A stretch of DNA of 64,000 bases from an uncultured Candidatus Saccharibacteria bacterium (GCA_964633865.1 CAZWIJ010000002.1:628-64627), one strand, 5' to 3'. Shown: positions 38,645 through 49,083, counted from the stretch's first letter. Program-made: numbers and translations. Notes: generated by a model from the letters alone, not told the origin.

Positions 38645-39079
38645 TTAATTTCTTAAATTAAAAGTATTAACTTTTAATTCTGTTATTGAATCTTTAATAT
38701 CCAACTCTTCTGCTACAGCAGAAGTTATTACTAAGTCAGATTTGTTTTCGTAATTTAATCTAGCACTGACTCTTACTATTACTGACCTAGAATTTTTTAA
38801 GTTAGTAAGAATTATTGTCTCTCCAATAGACAAATTTTTATGAGCGGCAATAAATTTCTCAGTATTTAAAGTTTTTCCATTAAAAAAACTCTCATTAGAA
38901 TTTTTCTGACTAACACTAACCTTATATATGTACTCTTCTGTTCTTATTATATCTTCTTTCAAAGAATCTTTAATAAGTAGAACTGCAGACACAGCCATGC
39001 TTATACAAATCAGAAATACCATAAGTGATTCCAATGTAGTAATTTTTCTTATCTTTCTTTTTAGTCTTCTAAAAGACAT
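38645..39079 (-). CDS. RlpA-like DPBB domain protein, degenerate
   Basis: TM plus FFNGK, AAHKNL..G, LTNLKN.RSVIVRV; NDR motif replaced by SAR. Confidence 0.7.
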   Translation of the reverse strand: MSFRRLKRKIRKITTLESLMVFLICISMAVSAVLLIKDSLKEDIIRTEEYIYKVSVSQKNSNESFFNGKTLNTEKFIAAHKNLSIGETIILTNLKNSRSVIVRVSARLNYENKSDLVITSAVAEELDIKDSITELKVNTFNLRN

Positions 39080-39250
39080 ATGATACTCCTATCAAATAAA
39101 ATGTACTCTTAATTATATTACACTAAAAATATCTATATGTCAATATTAATTGACTAAATTACAAAAACCATCAGTGTATATTGAAATGTATCAAAAAAGA
39201 AGATTTTTTAAAAATCTTCTTAAACTTAAAAAAATTACTTATTTTTATAA

Positions 39251-39754
39251 CTATTCAGCAATAGTTATGACTTTAGTTTTAAGCTCAGTAATAGCTTCTC
39301 TGATATCAAGAGCTTGTGCAGCTCTTTCAGACAATATTAATCCATCTGTACTTCTATCATTTATCCTTACCTTGATCATATGACTATTCTCAGGATTAAT
39401 AACTATAATCTCTGTGCCAAATGCCAAAGTGGGATGGGCTGCGGTGAAACTATTGGAATCAAAAAATTCACCACTTGCAGTTAGTTTCCCATTAAAGAAA
39501 GAATCACTCCATGAGGTAGAGATTAATATAATGTCACTTTCTATATTCTCATAATATGGATATTTTGAGACATTTTCTTTTTGTTCTGGCTTAAATAAAG
39601 CTCCAACAATATATATTGTAAAACCAGAAATAATAATTGCTAATACAAGATAACCCACATAGAAATATCTTGTATTTCTATTAATATAATTTTCTTGATT
39701 CTCTTGTTTTCTTTTCTCAAATTTTCTTCTTGATCTAGATCTTGATATTGACAT
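39251..39754 (-). CDS. RlpA-like DPBB domain protein
   Basis: TM plus FNGKLTASGEFFD, TAAHPTLAFGT, VRINDR, LSERAAQAL. Confidence 0.8.
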   Translation of the reverse strand: MSISRSRSRRKFEKRKQENQENYINRNTRYFYVGYLVLAIIISGFTIYIVGALFKPEQKENVSKYPYYENIESDIILISTSWSDSFFNGKLTASGEFFDSNSFTAAHPTLAFGTEIIVINPENSHMIKVRINDRSTDGLILSERAAQALDIREAITELKTKVITIAE

Positions 39755-39890
39755 AAAAACTTGTTTTTTCTAATGTACAAAAAAACTATATCATAATATA
39801 TTATTATTGTCAATATTAATTGACTAAATTTTAATAAACAAAAAAGTGAGTATATATATACTCACAAATTAAAATTAAATTATTTTACCA

Positions 39891-40232
39891 CTATTCACCT
39901 GAAGGAGCACAAGTGGTTTTTAAGTGGAGAAAATTGTCTTCACCTGCCCCCACAATAGAAGGTGAAGAATTAAAGCAGGTGGGCTGATGAACCCAACCTG
40001 ATTTAAACTGTTCCAAAGTCCACCGAGCATAAAATCCTACTAAGTAGGGATTAGATAACAAAAGAAGAAAGAATAAACTATTCCAAACCTTAATTAAAAG
40101 ATACCAATTAATTTTTGGGAAAGAAATATTTGATTTTCTTTTTTTCTTAGCAATTTCTTTTTGCTCTTGCCCTTGGCTAAGGTTAACATTTTCTAAATTA
40201 TAAACTTCTCTTTCTTTTTCTTTAATGTTCAT
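39891..40232 (-). CDS. Hypothetical membrane protein
   Basis: ATG start, one TM, own TTGACA-N17-TATACT promoter and a downstream hairpin. Confidence 0.5.
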   Translation of the reverse strand: MNIKEKEREVYNLENVNLSQGQEQKEIAKKKRKSNISFPKINWYLLIKVWNSLFFLLLLSNPYLVGFYARWTLEQFKSGWVHQPTCFNSSPSIVGAGEDNFLHLKTTCAPSGE

Positions 40233-40308
40233 ATTTTATCTCTACTAAGATAAATTTACATTCATAAGTATATCATATCTTTATAATTTTGTCAATATAT
40301 ATTTACAA

Positions 40309-40344
40309 TTTTAAAAAGACTCTTTTCATTGAGTCTTTTTAAAA
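40309..40344. terminator. Terminator after aminopeptidase
   Basis: TTTTAAAAAGACTC-TTTTCATT-GAGTCTTTTTAAAA. Confidence 0.65.
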
Positions 40345-40365
40345 TATATAGTTTTATACGATAGA

Positions 40366-41877
40366 CTACTCTTTATCTAAATCTTTTATAAATCTATATA
40401 ATGATCTCACTGTCTGTCCTGTTGCTCCGTTAGCTAAGATAGAGTTCTTTTTATTATTATAAGCAGAACCTGCTATGTCCAAATGAACCCAACTATAGGC
40501 TTTTGGAGATTTAATTTTTAGATTCTTATTCCTAAATAAAGTTTGATCTACAAAATGGCTCAAGAATAACCCAGCAGTAATATGTCCACCAACCATAGAA
40601 TCTTTGGAGGTGTTAATCAAATCAGAGATTTCTCCATTTACTTGATCTCTTAGAACTTCTGGCATAGGTACATAAATAGTCTTTTCTTGCTCATCTTTGA
40701 AAACTTTATCTAATTTATCTATCAGATCCTTATCATTACCCATCATAGCTGTAAAATGCTCTGTTATAGCTCTCACACAAGCTCCTGTTAATGTGGCTGT
40801 GTCTATAATATAATCTGGATCTTGTAATGTCGCATAAGCTAAAGCATCTGCCAATGTAAGTCTACCTTCAGCATCAGTATTCAAAACTTCAATGGTTTGT
40901 CCAGAATATGACTCTAGAATATCATCAGATTTATAAGCATTTCCTCCCACCATATTCTCTACAAAAGCAGATATCCAATGAATTTCTGTACTTTCCAAAT
41001 CAATCATAGATAAAGCCTTGATTGTCCCAAACATTGTCGCTGATCCTCCCATATCCATTTTCATTGACTTCATAAATCCACCAATTTTGATATCTAATCC
41101 TCCTGAATCATAGGTTAAACCTTTACCAACCAAAACAACTTTATGTTTTACTTTACCTGATGGTTTCAAAATAATATGTGCCAAAACTGGATTATGAGAA
41201 CTAGCTCTACCTACTGCTAGAATTGCATTCATACCCATTTTTTCTAAATTAGTTTTGTCTATTAGATTTATACTAATATTTTTATTATTACCAAGCTCAT
41301 CTTGAATAATTTGTTTTATACTTGTGGGATTTAAATTCTCAGGGATTTCTTCAATCAAAGTTCTTGTCAAAGTTACACCAGTATTTAGTGCTAATAACTC
41401 TTTTTGACCTTTCTCTGTAATTAAGTCTTTGTCTTCTTCTTTAATAAATATTTCTAATTCTTTAACTGTAGATTTTTCTGCTGTAATATATTTATCAAAA
41501 GACCAATTACCTTGAAGCATACCTAGTACAAATAAATTCAATGATTTTTTATCATCTTCCAATTCTAAATTTTTAATACCTGAAATTAAAAATTTTGTTA
41601 TATTGACTTTACTAAGAGATTTTATAACAAGAGCTCCTAATTCATAGAAATCAACTTTATTCCACTCATCATAAGACTTAATAGAATCTTTTTTTGTAAT
41701 TCCTACTAGAATAAGATTTGATTCTTGTAAAAACAGTATTTGTTTATAATGTCCTTTAAATTTATTTATAGAAGCTAATTTTTCATCTATAAATGAAGTG
41801 TAATTTTTATCATTCACAAAGATAACCTTTGTTATATTTTCATCATTTTTTTTCAATACTTGTATAATGTTTTTCAT
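40366..41877 (-). CDS. pepA: Leucyl aminopeptidase (M17)
   Basis: VGKGLTYDSGG, MKMDMGG, NTDAEGRL, ATLTGA, HLDIAG. Confidence 0.92.
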   Translation of the reverse strand: MKNIIQVLKKNDENITKVIFVNDKNYTSFIDEKLASINKFKGHYKQILFLQESNLILVGITKKDSIKSYDEWNKVDFYELGALVIKSLSKVNITKFLISGIKNLELEDDKKSLNLFVLGMLQGNWSFDKYITAEKSTVKELEIFIKEEDKDLITEKGQKELLALNTGVTLTRTLIEEIPENLNPTSIKQIIQDELGNNKNISINLIDKTNLEKMGMNAILAVGRASSHNPVLAHIILKPSGKVKHKVVLVGKGLTYDSGGLDIKIGGFMKSMKMDMGGSATMFGTIKALSMIDLESTEIHWISAFVENMVGGNAYKSDDILESYSGQTIEVLNTDAEGRLTLADALAYATLQDPDYIIDTATLTGACVRAITEHFTAMMGNDKDLIDKLDKVFKDEQEKTIYVPMPEVLRDQVNGEISDLINTSKDSMVGGHITAGLFLSHFVDQTLFRNKNLKIKSPKAYSWVHLDIAGSAYNNKKNSILANGATGQTVRSLYRFIKDLDKE

Positions 41878-41906
41878 ACAATTTATTTATTTAAATTAAT
41901 AATAAA

Positions 41907-43184
41907 TTACTTAAGAGAATCATAATCTCTTGTAATGATTTGTGAATCTATCTGTTTTCTAGTTTCCAAAATCACAGATACCACAATCAAAAGAGAAGTT
42001 CCTCCAATTGCCAGAGAACTATTTCCTGTAAATCCTGTTACAACAAAAGGTAATATTGCAATCAGACCTAAAAATATAGCTCCGAATAAAATTATTCTAT
42101 TTCCAACATATTTCAAATAATCTGCTGTCTTTTTACCAGGTCTAATTCCAGTAATAAATCCTCCTTGTCTTTGTAAATTCTCAGAAACTGAATCTGGTTC
42201 GAATACAATAAATGTGTACAGATAAGTAAATAATATAACCATAACAAAATACATAGCTGAATAAATTACTTGATTTTGAAACAAATCATTTATCAATGTT
42301 GCTGTCTGATTCAACCAAGCTATACTAAGATTAGATTGTAATACAAATCCAGCAATCATTTGAGGTAAAGACACAACAGATACTGCAAAGATAATAGGCA
42401 TAACTCCAGCTTGATTAACTTTCAGAGGTAAATATGTATCTACATGGTTTCTAGCTACAACTCCTCTTGAGCCTTTACTGTATGATATTGGGATATTTCT
42501 TTGACCTTCTGTTACAAATATTATTGCATAAATTACAGCTACCAATAAAACTAAATACACAAGATATAATGGGATATCTGACCTATCTGAGTTTAATATG
42601 AACTGATAAATTTGAGTTGGTAGACTAGAAACTATACCCGCAAAGATAAGTAAAGAAATACCATTTCCTATATTTTTCTCTGTAATAATTTCTCCTATCC
42701 ACATTAATAATACTGCTCCAGCTGTTATAACAGATATAACTGTAATTGTCTGTAAAGCATCCAAATCATTCAATATTCCTTGAGATTTAAATAAATTAAT
42801 CATTAATGTTGACTGAAATATAGCTAGAGGAACAGTTAACATTCTAGTATATTGATTAAACTTTTGTCTCCCAGCTTCCCCTTCTTCTTTATACAAATTA
42901 TGTAAGGTTGGAACTGCCATAGTTAATAATTGCATAACGATAGAAGCTGTAATATAGGGCCCAATTCCAAGTAAGACTATAGAAAAATTAGAAAATCCTC
43001 CTCCAGAGAATAGATCAAAGAATTGAAATATTTGATTTCCACTAGTAAAATTTCTTATAGTTTCAACATCTACACCAGGAACTGGTATTGATGCTAAGAA
43101 TCTATAAACAACTAAAAGACCAAGAACAAATAAAATTCTCTCTCTTAGCTCTTTTATTTGAAATATTTTTTGCCATCTATTCAT
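41907..43184 (-). CDS. secY: Preprotein translocase SecY
   Basis: LGIGPYITASI, GNGISLLIFAGI, GIRPG, GGTSLLIVV. Confidence 0.97.
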   Translation of the reverse strand: MNRWQKIFQIKELRERILFVLGLLVVYRFLASIPVPGVDVETIRNFTSGNQIFQFFDLFSGGGFSNFSIVLLGIGPYITASIVMQLLTMAVPTLHNLYKEEGEAGRQKFNQYTRMLTVPLAIFQSTLMINLFKSQGILNDLDALQTITVISVITAGAVLLMWIGEIITEKNIGNGISLLIFAGIVSSLPTQIYQFILNSDRSDIPLYLVYLVLLVAVIYAIIFVTEGQRNIPISYSKGSRGVVARNHVDTYLPLKVNQAGVMPIIFAVSVVSLPQMIAGFVLQSNLSIAWLNQTATLINDLFQNQVIYSAMYFVMVILFTYLYTFIVFEPDSVSENLQRQGGFITGIRPGKKTADYLKYVGNRIILFGAIFLGLIAILPFVVTGFTGNSSLAIGGTSLLIVVSVILETRKQIDSQIITRDYDSLK

Positions 43185-43269
43185 ATTAGATCAATTATAT
43201 TATTACTTTTAAACAAAAATAACTATGTATTTTTAAAGAATATCATAGTTATTTCATATAGTAAGTTTT

Positions 43270-43707
43270 TTATAGAGAATATTTTTCTTGTACTGTTTTA
43301 GACAACTCTAAGTTTTCAAATACAAATTTATTTTTACTCTCTCCTTTTGCTAAAATTTTTACAATATTAACTCTTTTTTTGATCAAACCTCTTTCAATTA
43401 AAGATTCAATATTGACTGTCTCACCTTTACTAAATACTTTATCAATATCTTTGATATTCAATATAGTTGTATTATTTTTTTTAGTTAAATTAACAATATT
43501 TTTTTGTCCTCTCATGATATGAGTTGTTTGTGATCCTTGTCCCATCAATGTTGGAGCTCCTCCAGCAAATAAAGGTGATATATGTGCTCCTGATCTAGCT
43601 TTTTGACCTTTCATTCCTTTACCACTGTATGTACCTTTTTTACCTCCTCTACCTATTACTTTTCTAGATTTTAATGGAGTTTTAGGTTGTAAACTGTGAA
43701 TATCCAT
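43270..43707 (-). CDS. rplO: 50S ribosomal protein L15
   Basis: GRGG..G..SG.G.KGQKARSG; synteny. Confidence 0.93.
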   Translation of the reverse strand: MDIHSLQPKTPLKSRKVIGRGGKKGTYSGKGMKGQKARSGAHISPLFAGGAPTLMGQGSQTTHIMRGQKNIVNLTKKNNTTILNIKDIDKVFSKGETVNIESLIERGLIKKRVNIVKILAKGESKNKFVFENLELSKTVQEKYSL

Positions 43708-43708
43708 A

Positions 43709-44161
43709 TTATTGTATACTTATTAAAGCTTTTATTGTCGCCTTAGCATTATTAATTTTATTATTACTTCCTAACATTTTTGAGGTAATATTTTGGATTC
43801 CAGCAAAGTCTACAACAGTTCTAATAGTTCCTCCAGCTACAATACCTTTTCCTTCTTTTGCCGGCTTTAATATAATTTTAGCACTACCAAATTTAGATGA
43901 CACATCTACTGGAATTGTTCCTTTAACTATATTAACTTTTATCATCTTTTTCTTAGCAGCATTTATAGCCTTATCTATTGCAATAGCAGTATCAGCTCCT
44001 TTCCCTGTGCCAACTCCTACTTTACCGTTTCTGTCTCCTATAACTACAGTTGCTCTAAATGAGAATCTTCTACCTCCAGACATAACTCTAGCTACTCTAG
44101 CTATATCTATGACCTTATGATCATACTCTTTTTTTTCAAATGGTTTTCGTTGTTTAATCAT
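43709..44161 (-). CDS. rpsE: 30S ribosomal protein S5
   Basis: RV..V.SGGRRFSF. Confidence 0.95.
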   Translation of the reverse strand: MIKQRKPFEKKEYDHKVIDIARVARVMSGGRRFSFRATVVIGDRNGKVGVGTGKGADTAIAIDKAINAAKKKMIKVNIVKGTIPVDVSSKFGSAKIILKPAKEGKGIVAGGTIRTVVDFAGIQNITSKMLGSNNKINNAKATIKALISIQ

Positions 44162-44165
44162 AGAA

Positions 44166-44522
44166 TTATATTTTAAGACCTACTTCTCGAGCTCCTTCTG
44201 CTACAGCAGATACTCTACCTGTATATTTTCTTCCACCTCTATCAAATACCACTCTCTTTATATTGTTATCAAGAGCTTTTTGTCCTATTATTTTACCTAA
44301 TTCAAAAGCTGACTTTAAATTCACACTTTTTTCTTTAGTTAAGGATTTTGAGCTTATTCCTAATAAAGTATTTTGCTTTGAATCATCAATAATCTGACAA
44401 TACAAAGACATATTAGATTTACTAACTGATAGTCTAGGAACTGAACTTGTTCCAAATATTTTTCCTCTCACTCTAGATTTTCGTCTTGTAAGACGAATAC
44501 TCTTTTTTAATAATTCTTTCAT
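44166..44522 (-). CDS. rplR: 50S ribosomal protein L18
   Basis: PRLSV, VVFDRGG.KY.GRV. Confidence 0.95.
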   Translation of the reverse strand: MKELLKKSIRLTRRKSRVRGKIFGTSSVPRLSVSKSNMSLYCQIIDDSKQNTLLGISSKSLTKEKSVNLKSAFELGKIIGQKALDNNIKRVVFDRGGRKYTGRVSAVAEGAREVGLKI

Positions 44523-44558
44523 AAATTAATTTAATAAGTTAAATTTTTACTTATAATA

Positions 44559-45098
44559 TTAAGAACCTGCCTTCTTACCTACTTTCATTCTTACTACTTC
44601 ATCGTTATAACGAACACCTTTACCTTTATAAGGTTCTGGCTCTCTTTTTGATCTAATATCTGCTGATACTTGACCTACTAATTCTTTATCAATACCTGAT
44701 ACAGATATAATATTTTTTTCTACAGATAATGTTATTCCTTCAGGTGCTACAAAATCAATTGGATGAGAATAACCTAAATGTAACAAAATACCTTTTCCTT
44801 GCATTGCAACTTTATAACCAACTCCCTCTATTCTTAATTTTTTTTCAAATCCTTCAGATACTCCAATAATCATATTTTGTATCAAAGATCTATATAATCC
44901 CCAATAAGCACTGATATTTTTGATATCATTTGAAGATGGAGTTACAAAAAGTTCTGTATCAGTAACTTCTACCAAAATTGGATGATTAATAGTTCTAGAT
45001 AAAGAACCTTTTTTCCCTACAACAGTAATTATAGAATCTTTATATTCTACTTTTACTCCCTCTGGAATTATAATTGATTTTTTTCCTACTCTAGACAT
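44559..45098 (-). CDS. rplF: 50S ribosomal protein L6
   Basis: MSRVGK, PEPYKGKG. Confidence 0.96.
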   Translation of the reverse strand: MSRVGKKSIIIPEGVKVEYKDSIITVVGKKGSLSRTINHPILVEVTDTELFVTPSSNDIKNISAYWGLYRSLIQNMIIGVSEGFEKKLRIEGVGYKVAMQGKGILLHLGYSHPIDFVAPEGITLSVEKNIISVSGIDKELVGQVSADIRSKREPEPYKGKGVRYNDEVVRMKVGKKAGS

Positions 45099-45124
45099 AA
45101 TATTTAGTTAATACCATTATTTTA

Positions 45125-45505
45125 TTACCAAACTCTAAAAAGAATTTCTCCACCCAGTTTGGATTTCTTTGCTGTTTTGGAATCTAATATTCCTTGAGAA
45201 GTGGAAACAAACACAAACCCTTTACCATATTTATAGTTAACATCTAAATCTTGAGATTTAACATAAATTCTTTGTCCAGGCTTACTAACTCTATCAATAG
45301 CTTTTATACCATCTTTTTTTAAAGTTATCAATATAGAATCAAATGATTCTCCTTTTATTTTTTTAACTCCTGATACGAACTTGTTTGTTTTTAATAGCTT
45401 AGCAATCTCAAATTTTATATTAGAGTAAGGCATCAAAACCTCTCTATTATTAACAATTTGAGCATTTCTAATTCTTGTAAGCATATCTGAAATAGGATCT
45501 GTCAT
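45125..45505 (-). CDS. rpsH: 30S ribosomal protein S8
   Basis: DPISDMLTRIRN, SKPG.RIY. Confidence 0.96.
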   Translation of the reverse strand: MTDPISDMLTRIRNAQIVNNREVLMPYSNIKFEIAKLLKTNKFVSGVKKIKGESFDSILITLKKDGIKAIDRVSKPGQRIYVKSQDLDVNYKYGKGFVFVSTSQGILDSKTAKKSKLGGEILFRVW

Positions 45506-45520
45506 ATATTTAAAATTAAA

Positions 45521-45706
45521 TTACCAACTTGATTTTTTTACACCTGGAATAACTCCATTAGAGACCATTTCTCTAAAACAAATTCTACAGACACCGAAAT
45601 CTCTTATGTACCCTCTGTGTCTACCACACTCAAAACATCTGTTAACCTTTCTAGTGGAAAACTTTTGCTTCTTTTTAGATTTTGCAATTTGTGCTTCTGT
45701 TGCCAT
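45521..45706 (-). CDS. rpsN: 30S ribosomal protein S14 (zinc-binding type Z)
   Basis: RC..CGR...CRICFRE. Confidence 0.95.
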   Translation of the reverse strand: MATEAQIAKSKKKQKFSTRKVNRCFECGRHRGYIRDFGVCRICFREMVSNGVIPGVKKSSW

Positions 45707-45712
45707 AATATT

Positions 45713-46264
45713 TTATACTAATTGATTACTCTTAAATGGGAATCCCAATCCTCTTAATAATACTTCTGATTTTTTCTTATCAGAATTTGAAACGGTAATA
45801 TTAATTTGCATACCAAAGTTTATTCCTAATTCATCATTAGATAATTCTGGAAATATTATTTGCTCTTTAATACCAAAGTTTACATTACCTTTATCATCAA
45901 TTTTAGTAATTTCTATTCCTTGAAAATCTCTTGTTCTTGGTAATGAAATAGATACTAATCTATCTAAAAATTCATACATTCTATCTTTTCTCAAAGTCAC
46001 TTTAAGAGCAATAACCATACCCTCTCTTGTTTTAAACTGAGCAATAGAAGATTTAGCTTTTACAGATATCGGTTGTTGTGATGCTATTGTAGATAAAACT
46101 GATTTAACTTTTTCAAATTTATTAGCATCTCTAAAATTTTTACCAGTACCAACATTCAAAGTAATTTTGGTGATTTTTGGTAAAGCATGTATATTACTAA
46201 CTCCAAATTTTTTTGATAACTTAGGAGATAGTGATTCTTTATATAACTGTTTTAATCTAGACAT
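45713..46264 (-). CDS. rplE: 50S ribosomal protein L5
   Basis: KVTLR, LPR.RDF.G, EQIIFPE. Confidence 0.95.
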   Translation of the reverse strand: MSRLKQLYKESLSPKLSKKFGVSNIHALPKITKITLNVGTGKNFRDANKFEKVKSVLSTIASQQPISVKAKSSIAQFKTREGMVIALKVTLRKDRMYEFLDRLVSISLPRTRDFQGIEITKIDDKGNVNFGIKEQIIFPELSNDELGINFGMQINITVSNSDKKKSEVLLRGLGFPFKSNQLV

Positions 46265-46267
46265 ATT

Positions 46268-46573
46268 TTATAACTCTTTATTCAACTTATAACTATATCT
46301 AACCTTCTTATTATCAACAATTTTATAAGAAACCTTAGTTTCTTTAGATGATTCCACATCAAAGAAAACCACATTAGATACATCTATCTTGGCAGATTTT
46401 TCAATAATTCTACCTTTTTCACCTTGTTGTTTAGGTTTTACATGCTTTTTCACTAACTGAACTCCCTCTACCATAAGTTTATTTTCCATAGGAAAACATC
46501 TCAAGACTTTACCTGTCTTTCCCTTATCTTTACCAGCTATAACCTTAACTATATCATTTTGCTTAATTTTCAT
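46268..46573 (-). CDS. rplX: 50S ribosomal protein L24
   Basis: VIAGKDKGK.G, SNV. Confidence 0.95.
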   Translation of the reverse strand: MKIKQNDIVKVIAGKDKGKTGKVLRCFPMENKLMVEGVQLVKKHVKPKQQGEKGRIIEKSAKIDVSNVVFFDVESSKETKVSYKIVDNKKVRYSYKLNKEL

Positions 46574-46590
46574 AATAAAAACATTATTAT

Positions 46591-46959
46591 CTATAAAACT
46601 TCTGGAGCTAAAGATATAATTTTCATATATCCTTTCTCTCTAATTTCTCTTGCTATAGGACCAAACACACGAGTTCCAATAGGCTCTTTATTATTATTTA
46701 TAATAACAGCTGAATTTTCATCAAATCGAATATAAGAACCATCTTGTCTCCTAATTTCTTTTGTTTGCCTAACAATAACAGCTTTAACAACTTCTCCTTT
46801 TTTTACAGAAGATCTTGGCTCTGCACTTTTTACAGAAGCGACTATAATGTCACCTACTTTAGCATATCTTTTTCTAGTACCTCCTAAAACGCCAAAGCAT
46901 TCTATTAATTTTGCTCCTGAGTTATCAGCTACTTTTAACTTGGTCTCTTTTTGAATCAT
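46591..46959 (-). CDS. rplN: 50S ribosomal protein L14
   Basis: VADNSGA, SLAPEVL. Confidence 0.97.
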   Translation of the reverse strand: MIQKETKLKVADNSGAKLIECFGVLGGTRKRYAKVGDIIVASVKSAEPRSSVKKGEVVKAVIVRQTKEIRRQDGSYIRFDENSAVIINNNKEPIGTRVFGPIAREIREKGYMKIISLAPEVL

Positions 46960-46970
46960 AATATTTAATA

Positions 46971-47216
46971 CTAAATTTTATTAACTACAACCCATCTCTT
47001 TGTCTTAGAAAGTGGTCTTGATTCTTTTATAACTACCTTATCTCCTAATTTATAAACATTATCTGAATTATGTGCTTTATATTTTTTCACAGAATTGATT
47101 CTCTTCTTATAAATTGGATGAGATTTTGCTTTTGTAACAGCAACTACAACAGTTTTATCCATTTTATCAGATACAATTATACCTGTTACTTCTCTGCTTG
47201 ATTTTAATTGACTCAT
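46971..47216 (-). CDS. rpsQ: 30S ribosomal protein S17
   Basis: [19 protein letters not shown]. Confidence 0.96.
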   Translation of the reverse strand: MSQLKSSREVTGIIVSDKMDKTVVVAVTKAKSHPIYKKRINSVKKYKAHNSDNVYKLGDKVVIKESRPLSKTKRWVVVNKI

Positions 47217-47229
47217 ATAAATATAAACT

Positions 47230-47418
47230 TTAAAAATTCTCTCTTAAAACTGTGTTTATTCTAGCAACATCTTTCTTTAAGTTTTTTGAGCTCCTTAATT
47301 CAGATTTAATAGATGGATCTTTCGACATGAAAGTAGCTTTTCCTATCTCTACTTTAAGTTCATCTAATTTTTTTAATAACTCTTTCTGAGTCATATTCTT
47401 GTATGATAATTGCTTCAT
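47230..47418 (-). CDS. rpmC: 50S ribosomal protein L29
   Basis: KKDVARINT; position. Confidence 0.85.
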   Translation of the reverse strand: MKQLSYKNMTQKELLKKLDELKVEIGKATFMSKDPSIKSELRSSKNLKKDVARINTVLRENF

Positions 47419-47461
47419 AAATAAGTTTAAAAATTATTATTTTACTATAACTATAATGAAT

Positions 47462-47490
47462 AGTATATATTATAATAAACACTAAGTCAA
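47462..47490 (-). promoter_or_regulatory. Internal promoter between rplP and rpmC
   Basis: TTGACT-N17-TATACT in an 85-bp gap. Confidence 0.55.
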
Positions 47491-47503
47491 GTACAAATGT
47501 CTA

Positions 47504-47926
47504 TTATATCTCTTTTTTGATAAATTTAGTTCTAACTGGTAGCTTATCACCTGCTCTTTTTAAAGCCTCTTTTGCTATTTCTTCAGTTACACCTGATATT
47601 TCAAATAGAACTTTTCCTGATTTTAGATTCACTATATAATGATCTACTGCTCCTTTTCCTTTTCCCATACCGACTTCTGCACTTTTTGCAGTAACTGGTT
47701 TATGAGGAAAAACCCTAACCCATATTTTACCTCCTCTAGAGGTATATCTTGAAATAGCTCTTCTAGCTGACTCAATTTGTCTTGCAGTAATCCATTTGGC
47801 ATCTAATGATTGTAATCCATATTCTCCAAAAGAAACTGTAACTCCTCTTGTTGCTACTGTTAGTTTGTGAGAAGGTTTCCCTTTGTGAGCTTTTTTATGC
47901 TTAGTCTTTCTTGGTGCTAATAACAT
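47504..47926 (-). CDS. rplP: 50S ribosomal protein L16
   Basis: RQIESAR, MGKGKG, KLP. Confidence 0.96.
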   Translation of the reverse strand: MLLAPRKTKHKKAHKGKPSHKLTVATRGVTVSFGEYGLQSLDAKWITARQIESARRAISRYTSRGGKIWVRVFPHKPVTAKSAEVGMGKGKGAVDHYIVNLKSGKVLFEISGVTEEIAKEALKRAGDKLPVRTKFIKKEI

Positions 47927-47935
47927 ATTTTTAAA

Positions 47936-48595
47936 TTATCTTAATGTATTCTTATTACCTTGAAGAATATCTCCTTTATATATCCAAACTTTCACTCCAA
48001 CTGTGCCATATTTTGTATGAGCAGTTTTTTTAGAAAAGTCAATGTTTGCTCTTAATGTAGCTAGAGGTATTTTTCCTTTTGTCAAATATTCTGATCTTGA
48101 CATCTCTGCCCCATCAAGTCTACCAGACAACATAACTTTAATACCCTTAACACTATTAGATTCAAAAACACTCGTAATAGTCTGTTTCAAAACTCTCCTA
48201 AAAGGAATCCTTTTTTCTACTTGCCCAACAATGTTTTCTGCTACAATTGAAGCATCTTCATTAGGTTTCTTAACTTCTTCTACGGTTATTCTTAGTTCAG
48301 TTCCTGAACCAATAATTTTTTTCAAATTTTTCTTTAATAACTCTACCCCAGAACCTCCCTTTCCTATAACTATACCCGCTTTAGATGTGTTTATAATAAC
48401 ATTAATCAATTTAGGTTGTCTTTCTATACCAAAAGAACTTATGCCTAATTTAGGTAATTGCTTATTTAGATATCTTCTAATTTTTGCATCACTAATTAGA
48501 TTAATTTTCATTGTTTTTCTATCACCAAACCAACGAGATGTCCAATCTTGTGTTATTCCTAATCTATATAAGTTTGCTTGAATCTTATTTCCCAT
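47936..48595 (-). CDS. rpsC: 30S ribosomal protein S3
   Basis: GIVIGKGG, SGRLDGAE, GVKVWI. Confidence 0.96.
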   Translation of the reverse strand: MGNKIQANLYRLGITQDWTSRWFGDRKTMKINLISDAKIRRYLNKQLPKLGISSFGIERQPKLINVIINTSKAGIVIGKGGSGVELLKKNLKKIIGSGTELRITVEEVKKPNEDASIVAENIVGQVEKRIPFRRVLKQTITSVFESNSVKGIKVMLSGRLDGAEMSRSEYLTKGKIPLATLRANIDFSKKTAHTKYGTVGVKVWIYKGDILQGNKNTLR

Positions 48596-48606
48596 AAAAA
48601 TATTTA

Positions 48607-49068
48607 TTATTTACCAATATTATTATTGGTCTTGTCTACTTTTTTAGATGATTTCTTTAAAGTAACTTTAGTATCTGATTTTTTTGAAACAGAAGAGTCT
48701 TTTTCAGACTTTAAAGATTCTCTTTTCTTCACAGATTCTAATAAAGAAAGTGTCATAACTATGTGAGAAGTTCTTTTTCGAATTGTATAAGCTCTACCAA
48801 AAGCTCTAGGCCTAAATCTTTTTAAAACTGCACCACCATTAACATATATTTCTGATACTTTTAATTGTGATGCTAATATATTTTGTGTATTCTGAGCATT
48901 AGCTATAGCTGACTTTAAAAGACCATAAATTGGTGTGGCTGATTTTTTATTCAAAACTTCCAAAATGCCTTGAGCTTGTTTTACTGATTTACCTCTAATT
49001 GTATCAGCTACTAGTCTTACTTTTCTAGGACTAGTTCTAAAGTTATTTAATGATACTTTAAATTCCAT
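48607..49068 (-). CDS. rplV: 50S ribosomal protein L22 with basic C-terminal extension
   Basis: SPRKVRLVAD, PRAFGRA, RTSHI. Confidence 0.95.
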   Translation of the reverse strand: MEFKVSLNNFRTSPRKVRLVADTIRGKSVKQAQGILEVLNKKSATPIYGLLKSAIANAQNTQNILASQLKVSEIYVNGGAVLKRFRPRAFGRAYTIRKRTSHIVMTLSLLESVKKRESLKSEKDSSVSKKSDTKVTLKKSSKKVDKTNNNIGK

Positions 49069-49083
49069 ATTAAAAACGATTAA

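Noticed and set aside
48042-48581. 179-aa antisense ORF over rpsC, and other shadow ORFs (e.g. 6392..6844, 10496..10780, 15382..15645, 29624..29911, 39150..39383)
   Set aside because: They lie opposite or within well-supported genes and show no recognisable motifs.
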